From NCBI GenBank assembly GCA_040768585.1, contig JAXGMQ010000001.1, positions 746,392 through 810,391 on the forward strand: a DNA stretch of 64,000 nt, given 5' to 3'. A program made the translations under genes and the position numbers. This document shows positions 1 to 10,500 of this stretch, one piece after another; the stretch's first letter is position 1, and the number at the start of each line of letters is the position of its first letter. The notes under the pieces were generated by a model. The model did no database searches and was not told the DNA's origin. It worked only from the letters and a program-made list of their open reading frames with translations. This DNA is from Caldisericia bacterium (GTDB lineage: Bacteria > Caldisericota > Caldisericia > JAAYUI01).

Positions 1-161
1 TTTCAGTTTCAGAAAGAGAATTCACACAAAGTCTACAAATAAACCCAACGGAATGTTTTCTGGTTTGGCGATGAGAAGAGGATTGAGATAGAGTATCCGA
101 AGGATGAGTAAGTAGAATTGCCCTTTTAGTTATTGATACGAACTAGGTTATAATATTAAAA

Positions 162-197
162 ACCCAGGCTGGTCAAAGCACACCAAGCCTGGGTTTT
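162..197. terminator. Bidirectional rho-independent terminator candidate
   Basis: Stem ACCCAGGCT (162-170) pairs with AGCCTGGGT (186-194). It is preceded by an A-run and followed by TTTT, and lies just past the 3' end of the minus-strand gene 262..1695. Confidence 0.55.
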
Positions 198-261
198 CTT
201 GTATTTTGACGGTCAATAACTCTGTGCTACAAGTTAACTCTATCTATAAACCATTTCAATT

Positions 262-1695
262 TTATTTGAAATGGCGATATAGTGTATGACCCTCTACCAT
301 TACTCCACACTCATCAATAGCCACTACATCGATATCAAAATACTCACTATCAGCTGCCTCAGGAAACTCACTCATCGGTATCTCCCAGGTTCGTTTGCCA
401 CTGTATGTGTTGATGCCATAAATCGACTTGCCATCATATCCATAATAATTGTGCCATCCATACCACATACCCTCGTTGTAGTACGATGTATCAATGTGGT
501 AATCCACCTTAAATGAGTTCCCTGGGTTGAAGGGATTGAAGATATATTTTTCTTTTTCCGCAACCTCACAAACAAACGGATGATCACTTGGACTTATGGC
601 TGTGAATTCTGCACCACTGATGTGGTCTTCTAGTTTAAGTTCATTTTCCAAAACCCCCGTTTCAGGGTCGGTTATGTAGATGCTCTTAGAGTCATTTGAG
701 ATTATCATAAGTTTACCATCAACCAGTGAGACTCTCTGAGGCCTCTCGATATCGTATCTCAGCACTTCAAGGGTTTCTGGATTGATTCTGTAAAGAATTC
801 TGTCATAAGCAAGGATATCAGTCCATAGACTCCAGAAGTACTTATCATTGAAAACCTGGACATAATTGAAATAGTTGATGCTGTCGTCGTTTGTGCAGCT
901 TAGACATGTGGCAAATTCAAGGTTCTCAAGATCATAGATGCAATAGCCAACATTATCATGACCTATGATAAGCCACTTTCCGCAGACAATATATCTTGGG
1001 TCACGCGCATTAAGTTCTCTGAGACTCCAATGAATATTTCCCTCGAAATCCATCATTGCGATTGAGTCATAATCAGCTTCATCTCTATCTAAGCTTCTGA
1101 TTGTCAACTTTTGTTTGTCATCAATAAAGATGGTTTTTCCCAGCTGATCTTGTGTATCCAGTTCTTTATTTTCAATTGGATCATAACCAAACACTTCCTC
1201 TTCACAGTTGAACAACCAAAAGTTGGGATACACGACACCACTCTCACCAACGCACATCGGTGTCTTTCTTTCCCACACTTTTGTTAGTCTTCCATCTTTT
1301 TCAAATGGTTCGGGTTTCCAGTTCTCAAATGATTCAATTTCCGGATTAGAGATGATTTCAAACCTTGGAATTGAATTATGGAACATCTCCTTGAATAATT
1401 TATCATCGCGGATTTCAATGAAATCATCTGTTTCTCTGAACAGTGTGTCTTCCGTATAATCATTTGGCACCACAGAGGTTCTGGCTTTATTTCTTTCCTC
1501 GGCTGAATTTTCAAGAATCTCATATGGAGTTAGTTCGTCAGCTTGAACACCATTACCCCTCTCAGATTGTTCTTCTTGCCATTCCTTTGTTGTGATACCT
1601 TCATCATCAACAACTTCCCTCGTAGCATCTGCAAGACTGCAACCCACAAAACACAAAACCACAAATAACAAAGTAAGATTCCTCCAAATATTCAT
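262..1695 (-). CDS. Putative lipoprotein of unknown function
   Basis: 477-aa ORF. N-terminal signal peptide with lipobox-like FVGC. AAGGAG-type RBS upstream of the ATG at 1695. No family recognised. Confidence 0.7.
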   Translation of the reverse strand: MNIWRNLTLLFVVLCFVGCSLADATREVVDDEGITTKEWQEEQSERGNGVQADELTPYEILENSAEERNKARTSVVPNDYTEDTLFRETDDFIEIRDDKLFKEMFHNSIPRFEIISNPEIESFENWKPEPFEKDGRLTKVWERKTPMCVGESGVVYPNFWLFNCEEEVFGYDPIENKELDTQDQLGKTIFIDDKQKLTIRSLDRDEADYDSIAMMDFEGNIHWSLRELNARDPRYIVCGKWLIIGHDNVGYCIYDLENLEFATCLSCTNDDSINYFNYVQVFNDKYFWSLWTDILAYDRILYRINPETLEVLRYDIERPQRVSLVDGKLMIISNDSKSIYITDPETGVLENELKLEDHISGAEFTAISPSDHPFVCEVAEKEKYIFNPFNPGNSFKVDYHIDTSYYNEGMWYGWHNYYGYDGKSIYGINTYSGKRTWEIPMSEFPEAADSEYFDIDVVAIDECGVMVEGHTLYRHFK

Positions 1696-1903
1696 TCCTA
1701 TCCACTCCTTTAAAACTTAGATTCATTCTCACATAGAATATTATCCATCTATTTTAAAAAGACAAATTTTTGGAGCGACAAATTTTTTAGATTTGGGAGT
1801 CTACATCAGTGCCATCTGGTAGGTCAACGTGTGTTAGTCTGTTCTCTTTGTCATTTTGAGCTCGAATAACTCACATTGACCCTAGCCCTTGAGTGTTTCA
1901 AAT

Positions 1904-3196
1904 CTATTTCAAAAAAATACGTTCATCGTAGAAACTATCGTAACAAATTTCCTTAGAAATAAGTATTGAGTCGTTCATTGGTCTATAGAAGTATCCCCTA
2001 TATGCTTCGAATCTTGGGATTAGGTCAAGTACTGGGAAAATTGATGCATAAAACACTGGATCGAATATATTTACTTTTCCAACGTTCTCTTCATCGGGCT
2101 CATTAACAAAAACCTTTATTGGCAGTTCAATATCGTCGCCGTATCTTGTCTTTACTGTCTTGCTGCCAAGCTCGAACGTGATTCTTTGGTTTATGCTCAA
2201 AAAAACATAGTGTTCGAAGTAAAAGTGTTTATTACTTGATTTATTATTCTCGAAATCCCAAGAGCCGGAGTACATTCCAAGATCATCAGCAAATGTCATT
2301 GGGTCAATAAATAGATTGTCGTTTATTCTCCTGAATGGAATGCCGTGTTTGACTCTGCCCTCGTCAAGATATGTGTTTCTATTGGCAAAATACTCCACAT
2401 AACCATGGTATGGATTTGCTCCATAATAATCCGAACCAAATAGACCGAGTATCCGTTGGCATTTAGGTGGATTTACACTCGAATCAATAATCATAAGGTT
2501 GGGATTGAGCGCTTCTCTTTGTGTAAGTTTGTGGCTGTATTTGCCTTCATATGGGACCCTGTAACCATCTGGTATATCCCACTGCTCAAACTGAAGGTTC
2601 TCATCAAATATCTGGATTGTTCCAATCCTTGGATCAAAGGCAAAATAGCTGTTCTCTTCTAATGCATAATCAATGAAATTGCTACTAGTGTAGATATTCT
2701 TGTTTTCGTCTGACCTGACAAATGAAAATGATTTCTGATATATATAAAAGTAACCATTATATTCACCACCACCAATATAGGTGGGTAAACAGAAGTGATT
2801 GATTTTGAACCTATCGCTGTAGAAATTCGCGTTTGCCTGATAAACTACATCAAAATCAAAGACCTTTGACAGCATCTCATGGAACGCTTGCCTATCATCT
2901 GGTGTGGTTTCGATTGGAAGACCTTTATCATCGAGCATGATCCGGTACTTGTTCTTTGCGTTCTCAACTGGGTTTGGCTCAACTTTGTAGAATTCCCAAC
3001 CTTCTTCGGGGTTATATTTGACAATGGGCAGGTTGTCTCTGGCTGTGTCGGGATTCTCAGGATCGGGTATATACTGAATCGTGAATGGCTCAAATGGCGG
3101 TTTCACAGGGGGTTTGTCCGACTCCCCAACGGCAGTGAATGCAACAGACCCAACAATCAACAACAGTCCAAGACATACGAGCGCTACTTTTTTCAT
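1904..3196 (-). CDS. Secreted protein of unknown function
   Basis: 430-aa ORF. Signal peptide MKKVALVCLGLLLIVGSVAFTAVG and AGGAGG RBS. The C-terminal motif YFYRPMNDSILISKE is shared with the next gene. Confidence 0.7.
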   Translation of the reverse strand: MKKVALVCLGLLLIVGSVAFTAVGESDKPPVKPPFEPFTIQYIPDPENPDTARDNLPIVKYNPEEGWEFYKVEPNPVENAKNKYRIMLDDKGLPIETTPDDRQAFHEMLSKVFDFDVVYQANANFYSDRFKINHFCLPTYIGGGEYNGYFYIYQKSFSFVRSDENKNIYTSSNFIDYALEENSYFAFDPRIGTIQIFDENLQFEQWDIPDGYRVPYEGKYSHKLTQREALNPNLMIIDSSVNPPKCQRILGLFGSDYYGANPYHGYVEYFANRNTYLDEGRVKHGIPFRRINDNLFIDPMTFADDLGMYSGSWDFENNKSSNKHFYFEHYVFLSINQRITFELGSKTVKTRYGDDIELPIKVFVNEPDEENVGKVNIFDPVFYASIFPVLDLIPRFEAYRGYFYRPMNDSILISKEICYDSFYDERIFLK

Positions 3197-3289
3197 TTTT
3201 CCTCCTTTTTATATCAAAGCCTTTTCTCAATGATTAAAACTCAGAAAAATCTCCTCTTAAAGCGACTCTACACTATCTTTTTCACTTTA

Positions 3290-4375
3290 TCAATAGTCTT
3301 CAAATCTCTGTATCAATATCGAATTGTCAAATGGTCTGTAGTGATACTTTAGCTTGAGGGCATCACAAAGTTGGAATAGTGGTACCATGCTGTAATTGAA
3401 TATCGGTGTTGGTAGTTCGACTTTTTCACCATTGACTGTCATAAACTTGTCGCCCTCACGCATTTCAATCTTTATGAGGTTGACATTCTTGTCGCTGGTC
3501 TTGTCAAATTTGTAGTAGATTTTTTTTATCGGCCCCCCTGGGTTGTCGTTTATATATCCATTCTCACCATAAACTGCTTCATTGAGCCAGGATGCACCAA
3601 TATAGATTATTCCATCTTTTGTAATTGGTTCATATACTGGAATTGAGCCTTCAAAACCGCCAGCTGTAAATTTGTCACTATCTGGATGTAGGAGTAGATA
3701 ACCTTTTGATACATTTTCTGATATATCCCAATAGTTTGGTATTGTGTAGTCTTTCCGTAATGTGGGATACTTGCCAAAGTCTGTATCTGGATTCAACGCC
3801 CTCTGTTCATACATCTTATAACCATCCTTGGTATACAGATAGCAGATATAGTTGAAGTTTTCATCCATTATAGAAATACTGTTGTACACAATATCCGGTC
3901 GAAGGCTTGAGTTGTAGCTTCCACCCCAGAAGCCGCCACCATGATTTCCTATCCCAACAAGTATGTTATAATCATTTCCACTGTGTTCGGTTTTTTTGTA
4001 ACAATGCGTACCAAGATAAATTGTTGATGGTCTTGTGGAATCTGATAGAGTCAGTCTTGATGTTCTGGTTCCATTCAGTCCATCAACTAGATTCTCAACG
4101 AAATTGGAATCACTTGTTCTCGATTCAATTGGAATACCATCTTCATCAACAATAACATTTATTGATTCTCCATCTTCGCTTCTTTCAACCCTATTTATTC
4201 GAATACCATCTCCATGCGTATGTTCAATAAACACCTTTCCATTTAGTAACACTGAAAACTCCCCAACAGCAAACTTGTTCGGCACATCCTCGTGTCCTGA
4301 TGTTTGACCAACAAGGGTGCTCATTGCCAGCAGGAAAACCAGAGCCAGCCTAAAGAAACTCATGTGTTTTTTCAT
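3290..4375 (-). CDS. Secreted protein of unknown function, C-terminal paralog of 1904..3196
   Basis: The ORF track starts at 4420, but AGGAGG sits 7 nt upstream of the ATG at 4375 (MKKHMSFFRLALVFLLAMS signal peptide). C-terminus NGEKVELPTPIF...YHYRPFDNSILIQ resembles the neighbour. Confidence 0.7.
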   Translation of the reverse strand: MKKHMSFFRLALVFLLAMSTLVGQTSGHEDVPNKFAVGEFSVLLNGKVFIEHTHGDGIRINRVERSEDGESINVIVDEDGIPIESRTSDSNFVENLVDGLNGTRTSRLTLSDSTRPSTIYLGTHCYKKTEHSGNDYNILVGIGNHGGGFWGGSYNSSLRPDIVYNSISIMDENFNYICYLYTKDGYKMYEQRALNPDTDFGKYPTLRKDYTIPNYWDISENVSKGYLLLHPDSDKFTAGGFEGSIPVYEPITKDGIIYIGASWLNEAVYGENGYINDNPGGPIKKIYYKFDKTSDKNVNLIKIEMREGDKFMTVNGEKVELPTPIFNYSMVPLFQLCDALKLKYHYRPFDNSILIQRFEDY

Positions 4376-4487
4376 TTTACTCCTCCTAATGAATATGTTT
4401 ATAAGACGAATAAGAAGCATAATTGGTTCGAGCGACTACTGTATATCTATAAATTACTATTATAAATCCCGCCAATATCTAATAAAT

Positions 4488-5303
4488 CTACTTGATTACT
4501 TGAGTTGTTCCTTCTTGGTTTAGCTTATCATCCTCATCCACAACTTGAACATCGTTTATTTCATCCGTATCGCATGTTTCATCTGCGGATAAATCAAGCG
4601 TCACTATATCCTCAAACACCTTCCGTACCTCAAGCATGTTGTCCAGGAACCACTGGGAAAGTCTGTCTCTTGGGTGGGTTGCGGATAACACAAACTCACT
4701 TTGAATCCTTTTGTTGCCCATCACCACAACCCTGTCGGCAAGGTACACCGCCTCTTCGATGTTGTGGGTTACGAAAACAACAGTCATGTTGTTTCTGTCT
4801 GCTATCTCCCGAAGCTGATTCTGAAGGGTATATCGGGTCTTCTCATCAAGCGAGACAAACGGCTCATCAGCAAGCAAAACCGACGGATTTGAAACAAGCG
4901 CACGGGCCAACTGAACCCTCTGCTGCATACCTCCTGAGAGTTCGTACACCCTTTTTTTCATGACATTAGAAAGCCCTACCTCAGAGAGTCTTGCCTTTGC
5001 CATCTCAACCCGCTCTCTTTTGGGGTAGCCGGAAAGCTCAAGCGGGAAACATACATTTGACAAAACCGACCTCCAGGGGAAGAGTGTTTGTTGCTGGAAT
5101 ATCATAGACATCGACTGAGAGGGCGTTTGCACCACCCCAGAGTCAGGCTCAAGGAGTCCTGCGATTATTCGAAGGAGTGTTGTCTTTCCACAGCCTGTTG
5201 GGCCAAGAATACAGGTGAACTCACCCGGCAAAAACTTAATACTCATGCCAGAGAGAACCTGGAGGGAGTCAAAGCTTTTTGTGATAGCGCTGAGATTAAC
5301 CAT
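4488..5303 (-). CDS. ABC transporter ATP-binding protein (NitT/TauT-type)
   Basis: Walker A GPTGCGKTT, signature LSGGMQQRV, Walker B LLADEP. Operon with permease and binding protein. Confidence 0.9.
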   Translation of the reverse strand: MVNLSAITKSFDSLQVLSGMSIKFLPGEFTCILGPTGCGKTTLLRIIAGLLEPDSGVVQTPSQSMSMIFQQQTLFPWRSVLSNVCFPLELSGYPKRERVEMAKARLSEVGLSNVMKKRVYELSGGMQQRVQLARALVSNPSVLLADEPFVSLDEKTRYTLQNQLREIADRNNMTVVFVTHNIEEAVYLADRVVVMGNKRIQSEFVLSATHPRDRLSQWFLDNMLEVRKVFEDIVTLDLSADETCDTDEINDVQVVDEDDKLNQEGTTQVIK

Positions 5304-5306
5304 GTC

Positions 5307-6194
5307 TTATCTTTCCTTCGCCTGCCAGTTGGCAAACAACATGTGAACGACCCACAAAATGGCGTTTAGGAGAGCGCCAATAACTCCAACAGTGATGAGT
5401 CCTGCGGCAAGGATTTGTATCTCCGTTTGGGCATAGGCTTCCATCATGATATAGCCAACACCCGCTGTTGGCCCAGGGAAGAGTTCAGCTGCGATAACGA
5501 CCATCCAAGAGACACCAAGACCAACCTTGAGACCTGTGAGTATCTGCGGAAAAGAGGCAGGCAAAATAACCTTTGCCCACTTCTGCACTCTGTTTGCACC
5601 CATCGTATGCGCCGCCTCAAGCCACAGCTGCCTTACTCCCCTGACGCCATCGATTGTGTTGATGAGCACTGGGAAAAAAGCGCCCCACGCGATGATGAAA
5701 AGCTGGGCTGTCTGGATATGGTCAAATATCGTCATCGTAAATCTCTGCCCAAAGAGGTTTGAGATTGTTGTACCACCAAAGATGATGATGGCAAACGGAA
5801 TCCAGGCAACGGGACACAATGGTCTCATCAGTTCGATGAACGGAGTCACAAAATTTCTGAGCCTTTCTGACAGACCCATCGCCATGCCAAGTGGTACCGC
5901 AACAAGAGCTCCCAGCACAAAACCCATCAGAACACGGATTGTTGAGATGTACACATGGTAGAGCAGTGACCCTTGACCAAGAAGGTCACGTGTCGGATTT
6001 GCAAGCACTTCAAATACATCACCAACCCTTGGCAGAAGGGTGTTTGAACCAAGCCTAACAGCCGCAAGTTCCCACACAAGAAACAAGATGGCGGGTAGAA
6101 TAATGGCTCCGCCCACCATCCACAGGACTCTAGCAACTGTCTCTCTTCTTTTGCTTGTTCCGTTGCGCTTTATATAATCTGAGTCTGTACTCAC
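5307..6194 (-). CDS. ABC transporter permease (NitT/TauT-type)
   Basis: 295-aa polytopic membrane protein located between the ATPase and the binding protein. General BPD-type permease appearance. Confidence 0.85.
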   Translation of the reverse strand: MSTDSDYIKRNGTSKRRETVARVLWMVGGAIILPAILFLVWELAAVRLGSNTLLPRVGDVFEVLANPTRDLLGQGSLLYHVYISTIRVLMGFVLGALVAVPLGMAMGLSERLRNFVTPFIELMRPLCPVAWIPFAIIIFGGTTISNLFGQRFTMTIFDHIQTAQLFIIAWGAFFPVLINTIDGVRGVRQLWLEAAHTMGANRVQKWAKVILPASFPQILTGLKVGLGVSWMVVIAAELFPGPTAGVGYIMMEAYAQTEIQILAAGLITVGVIGALLNAILWVVHMLFANWQAKER

Positions 6195-6201
6195 TGTTAT
6201 T

Positions 6202-7356
6202 TTATTTTTGCTCCTTCAGCAGTTCTTCGTATATCGAGAAGTCAACACACATATCAACAGCTTTTTCGTCAGTCACACCCTTAAGTTCTCCACTGTATTT
6301 GCCCATCTCATTCATGACCTCTGCCCATGTTGCGACGCCGTCCCGCCAGGTTTCGCTTGGAGTGTTATGATAAATAATAGTTGGAATCGACATGTCTTCA
6401 ACACCCTCTTTGAGTCCCAGGAATTCGTAGGCAACAGCAACCGCATCAACCGGATTTGCGTTGATGTAGTCAGTAGCATTCATTATAAGCCTGAGGAATT
6501 CCTTGACATAAGCTCTGTTACCATCGACAAAACCTGTTGTGCTACAAACCATGCAACAAGGGTGATTTTCCCACATCCCCTCTGGCGGAAGCACCGAAAG
6601 CTCTGTGATAAACTTAGCCACACCCTCAACAATAGCCTGGGCTGGGGTTGGCTGGTTGGCAACAAACCCGTCAATCAAACCGGCTGCTAGGTTTGTGGTC
6701 ATGTTGTCCTGTCCCTTTTGGTTAATCCAGAGTACCATCGCGTCGGTGTTGGTCGGATCCTCTGTTTGTGTAATACCAACCTCGATAAATGCTTTCTGGG
6801 CAATGATGTACTGAACGGCAGTCGGAGCCTTGTAGCCCAATTTTATCTGCTCTGTCGAGTTTTTAACAAACTCCACAAACTCATTCCAGTTCTCCACGGG
6901 CATTTCATTTTTGACAACAAGCTGGTCACCTGAGTTCTGCAAAGGCATAAGGATTCTGACGTTCTTACCCTTATCAACCACACCCATAACGGCAGGAACT
7001 CCACCAAACCCAACATCAAAAAGGTCAGCTAAGAGGTTGTTGGTCATCTCAGCGCCCCCCTTTGACTTCACAAGCTGCACCTGGGCTATTGGCCCACCGT
7101 TTTCTGTGTGAAGAACATAAAGCTCTTTGGGCTTGGTTTCTGTGAGCCACACACCACTGTCTTTGAAACCTTCACCCTTCAATGCAGCCACATAGAGAGC
7201 CAGGTGATGATCCTGGTTGACATGCCCAACCCTCAGAAGAGGCAGCTCATTAACATCGACCTTTTCTTGTGGAGCAGGCTCATCAACACCACAAGCCGCA
7301 AAAAGAGTCAGGAAAAGCAATCCAACTAGAACAAACGACAAAAAACGTTTCATCAA
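6202..7356 (-). CDS. ABC transporter substrate-binding lipoprotein (NMT1/THI5-like)
   Basis: Signal peptide with lipobox LFAAC. Size and operon position fit an NMT1/SsuA-like periplasmic binding protein. AGGAGG RBS. Confidence 0.7.
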   Translation of the reverse strand: MMKRFLSFVLVGLLFLTLFAACGVDEPAPQEKVDVNELPLLRVGHVNQDHHLALYVAALKGEGFKDSGVWLTETKPKELYVLHTENGGPIAQVQLVKSKGGAEMTNNLLADLFDVGFGGVPAVMGVVDKGKNVRILMPLQNSGDQLVVKNEMPVENWNEFVEFVKNSTEQIKLGYKAPTAVQYIIAQKAFIEVGITQTEDPTNTDAMVLWINQKGQDNMTTNLAAGLIDGFVANQPTPAQAIVEGVAKFITELSVLPPEGMWENHPCCMVCSTTGFVDGNRAYVKEFLRLIMNATDYINANPVDAVAVAYEFLGLKEGVEDMSIPTIIYHNTPSETWRDGVATWAEVMNEMGKYSGELKGVTDEKAVDMCVDFSIYEELLKEQK

Positions 7357-7553
7357 ATCAACCTCCTAAGGTTTAGTTTGGCGCTTAGGCGGTTGATAAA
7401 GTGCAACAAACCGCCTTGCCTGGCAGGAAAACTTCCTGCCCAAGTTTTGCTCAAAGCGATCTGTTTTTCATAAATAACTCATCCTTTGTCATATCAACGG
7501 TACAAATTGTAGAACAAAAGTCAGTATTTTCAACAAGCCCTGATTCAGTGTGT

Positions 7554-10500
7554 CTATTTCACAAGCAGGGAAAGAGAATTGTTGATTTCTAATATATTCT
7601 CCTTCCTGTAGGTGTAGCCTGTCTTTCTATAGAATCCAAACAAACTCTCCATCTGCTCAACTGCAAAGTTGTAGAGTCTCCTTTTTTCAAAAGCATCAAG
7701 ATTGTCATCCTGAGCAATCCTGTCTCTCGTCAAAGCAATCACATTCTCGGTGACACGGATCCTTTTCTCTGCGTACTTGAGTTCGCTCATCAATAGAATA
7801 GAAATTGCGGAATTCACCTTACTTACCGTGAGTTTCCACTTTGAGTAATCATGCTTCACGCCAAAAATTCTTGTCTTGTGCCCATTGGAATGAAACATTC
7901 TTAGGTAGTATATTTCGGCATCCAGTAACTCTATTGTTGCATCGTCGTCATTCAAATTTTGTACCAATTCGGTGACCCTATCCAGATTTCTTCTCGCTTT
8001 TACCATCTCATTGCCGTTGATGTTAACGGTGGCAAGTTTGGTGAACATCTTGGCGTCAAAAAGTCTTCTGCTTGTTTTGTCTGGCGCCGGGAAAAACTTC
8101 TGTAGACGATTTACCAATTTTGCCAATTCGCTTTTGTCCTCAATGTAGTTGTGTAATTCTAGTTCACACATCAACACCTTAACAAACCAGCGCTCATTCG
8201 AGAGTTCAAGGCACTTTTGCTTTACGAATTCTACTAAATCAACCGCCAATTGGCTGCACCCCGAAAGGCAATGGTGATCTAGCAGTAATTCCACCCATCC
8301 AATGACGTACTTGTCCAACGGCACCTTGTATATCAATTCATTCAAATAAAGGAGGTGCTTTTGATATTTATCAAACTCTCCCACGTCTCTTATCGCATGG
8401 GCATAAATCAGCAACAACTGGGTGGGCAACGAATCGGTGTCACAATCATCAGTCAGATTGAGTGCTTTCTCGCATGTCTTTGAGGCTTCCCTGTATTTGC
8501 CCATATGAAATTGCGTTGTGGCGACCTGGGCAAGAAGATCGATTTCTTCTTTCTTGGTTGGACATTTAACAACATACTGCAACGCCTTTTCAAAATAGTT
8601 TAGGCCAATGTCATGATTCCCCAAACTACATTGAACGGTCGCAAACATACTTAAACCCCTCATATACATTAGGGGGTTGTCTTCCTTGTCGACAAGGTCA
8701 AGATAGGCAAACAAACACTCCTCAGCCTCTTCATGTCTGTCCAACTGCATTAGATATCTCGCTTTTACGGATAGAAACCTTGTTTTCAGACTACGATCTT
8801 CAACCTTGTCAAAATAGCGCTCAGCCTCTCTAAGGCTTTCCAAATCCATCCCTTCACAATCATCGATGAAGGAAAATGTAAAAAGCGATGCATAAACACT
8901 GGGCAACAAACCACCCGGAATCGCGCCTTTTTTTATGTCCCGTAAAATTCTTTTCGTAAGTAATAAATTCTTTTCTGTGTCACCAAGATTGAAATACAAC
9001 TCTTTCAAGCGGCAGAGAAGGCGACAATACACATTCACATCCGTCACCAAATCCAAAAATGGTTCAATTTCAGAGAGAATTTTAAGCGCTTTCTCGTGAT
9101 GCATGATAAAAGCACTTATCTTATCGTAGAAATAGGCTGCCTTGTTGTGGTTACCTGATTTCAGATATTGTCTGGCGATTGTGATGTTTAAATCAGTATC
9201 TTGGCACCCATTACTTTGCAGCTCAAGAGTTGATGCAACATCCGCTGCTATCTTTGCATGCCTCATATCATCGAGTCTATCAAGAACTACTTCCTGCAAA
9301 TGACTTGTGGCAGACTCAACAAGAATCACGCCATCGTGCATCTCTTCTTTTATTAGTCCGCTCAACTGCAAGTTTTTGATTGTCTGCTCAAACTCGTAAT
9401 TAAAAAGTCTTGACACCGGTCTTAGAAATTTGTAATTAACGGGTCTGCCAACTACCGCCAATATGTTCAATATGAGCGCAGCTTCCCTTGAGACTCCATC
9501 CAGAATAAGTGTATAGTGCTGTTTAAGGCTATCTTCGGTATCATCGATTATTACGCTATCAGCTCCTGTTTTCAGGATATCCAACAGCCTCACTATCCTT
9601 TGTGGTTCACCATTTGATAGTCTTTCAATCCAATTGAGCTCTCCTTCTTCAGGTGGTCTTTTTAAAAATGATTCCGCCATTGCAAATATGTCAGCTTTTG
9701 AGAGGCAACCAAGCTCAATCTTTGTGACATATGGACTAACTTCAGACAAATCCAAAATGTTGCTCTCGCCGGTTACACAAACCAGCGTCTTTCGATTTTT
9801 TATTTTTTTTGTCAGTTTGTTGACAACATCGATTGTGAGTTTGTCCATAGGCTCATCAAAGGCAAAAACCGCTGGAATATCAGGGAGCACCGACAAGAGA
9901 ATATCGCAGATAAAATCAGAACAGTCTACCTGCTCAAACAATCTTGACTCCTTCGCTGGTATTTCGAGCTTTGCAGCAAACTTTGGCGACAAATCTCTTA
10001 TAAAGTTTGCATGGTTGTCCCAGGATTTCGTGTCCATTTGAAGTTCAGATTCCGCAAGGCAGTCAAGAAGATAACCCACTGCAGGTCTTGCCAAGTATTC
10101 ATCCCTCGGCTTACAGGAGAAATATCTTCCCCCCTGGGCAAGAACTTCAATTTTTATCTCATCGAGCATCCTAGATTTTCCGAAACCCTTCGACCCAAGA
10201 ATCTCGATGATCTGCCCTTTCCCCAAACCGATTTGTGAAAGGGATCTCAAGACACGCTCAAATTCAGCGCTCCTCCCAACAAAAGGCACACGAGCAATCC
10301 CTTCATCTCGAAGCGGTGTTGGATTCCACAAATCCTGCAATTCTCCGTTTTTGTTACAGCGCACAAGCTCTTTTTTGAGTTCTTCTGGTGTTTGGAATCT
10401 GTCCTCAGGATTCTTTTCCAGGAGTTTCATCACAATTTTCTCAATAAATGGGGATATATCAGGATTTTTTACACCTGGCCTCGGAAGGGGTTCGTTTAGT

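Noticed and set aside
7357-7553. Possible TPP (thiamine) riboswitch upstream of the NMT1/THI5-like ABC operon, since ThiY-type binding proteins are often TPP-regulated.
   Set aside because: I read the minus-strand leader. It has two hairpins (GGCAGGA-AGTT-TCCTGCC and GGCGGTT...AACCGCC). The conserved CUGAGA and ACCUGAUCUGGAUAAUGCCAGCG elements of the TPP aptamer are absent.
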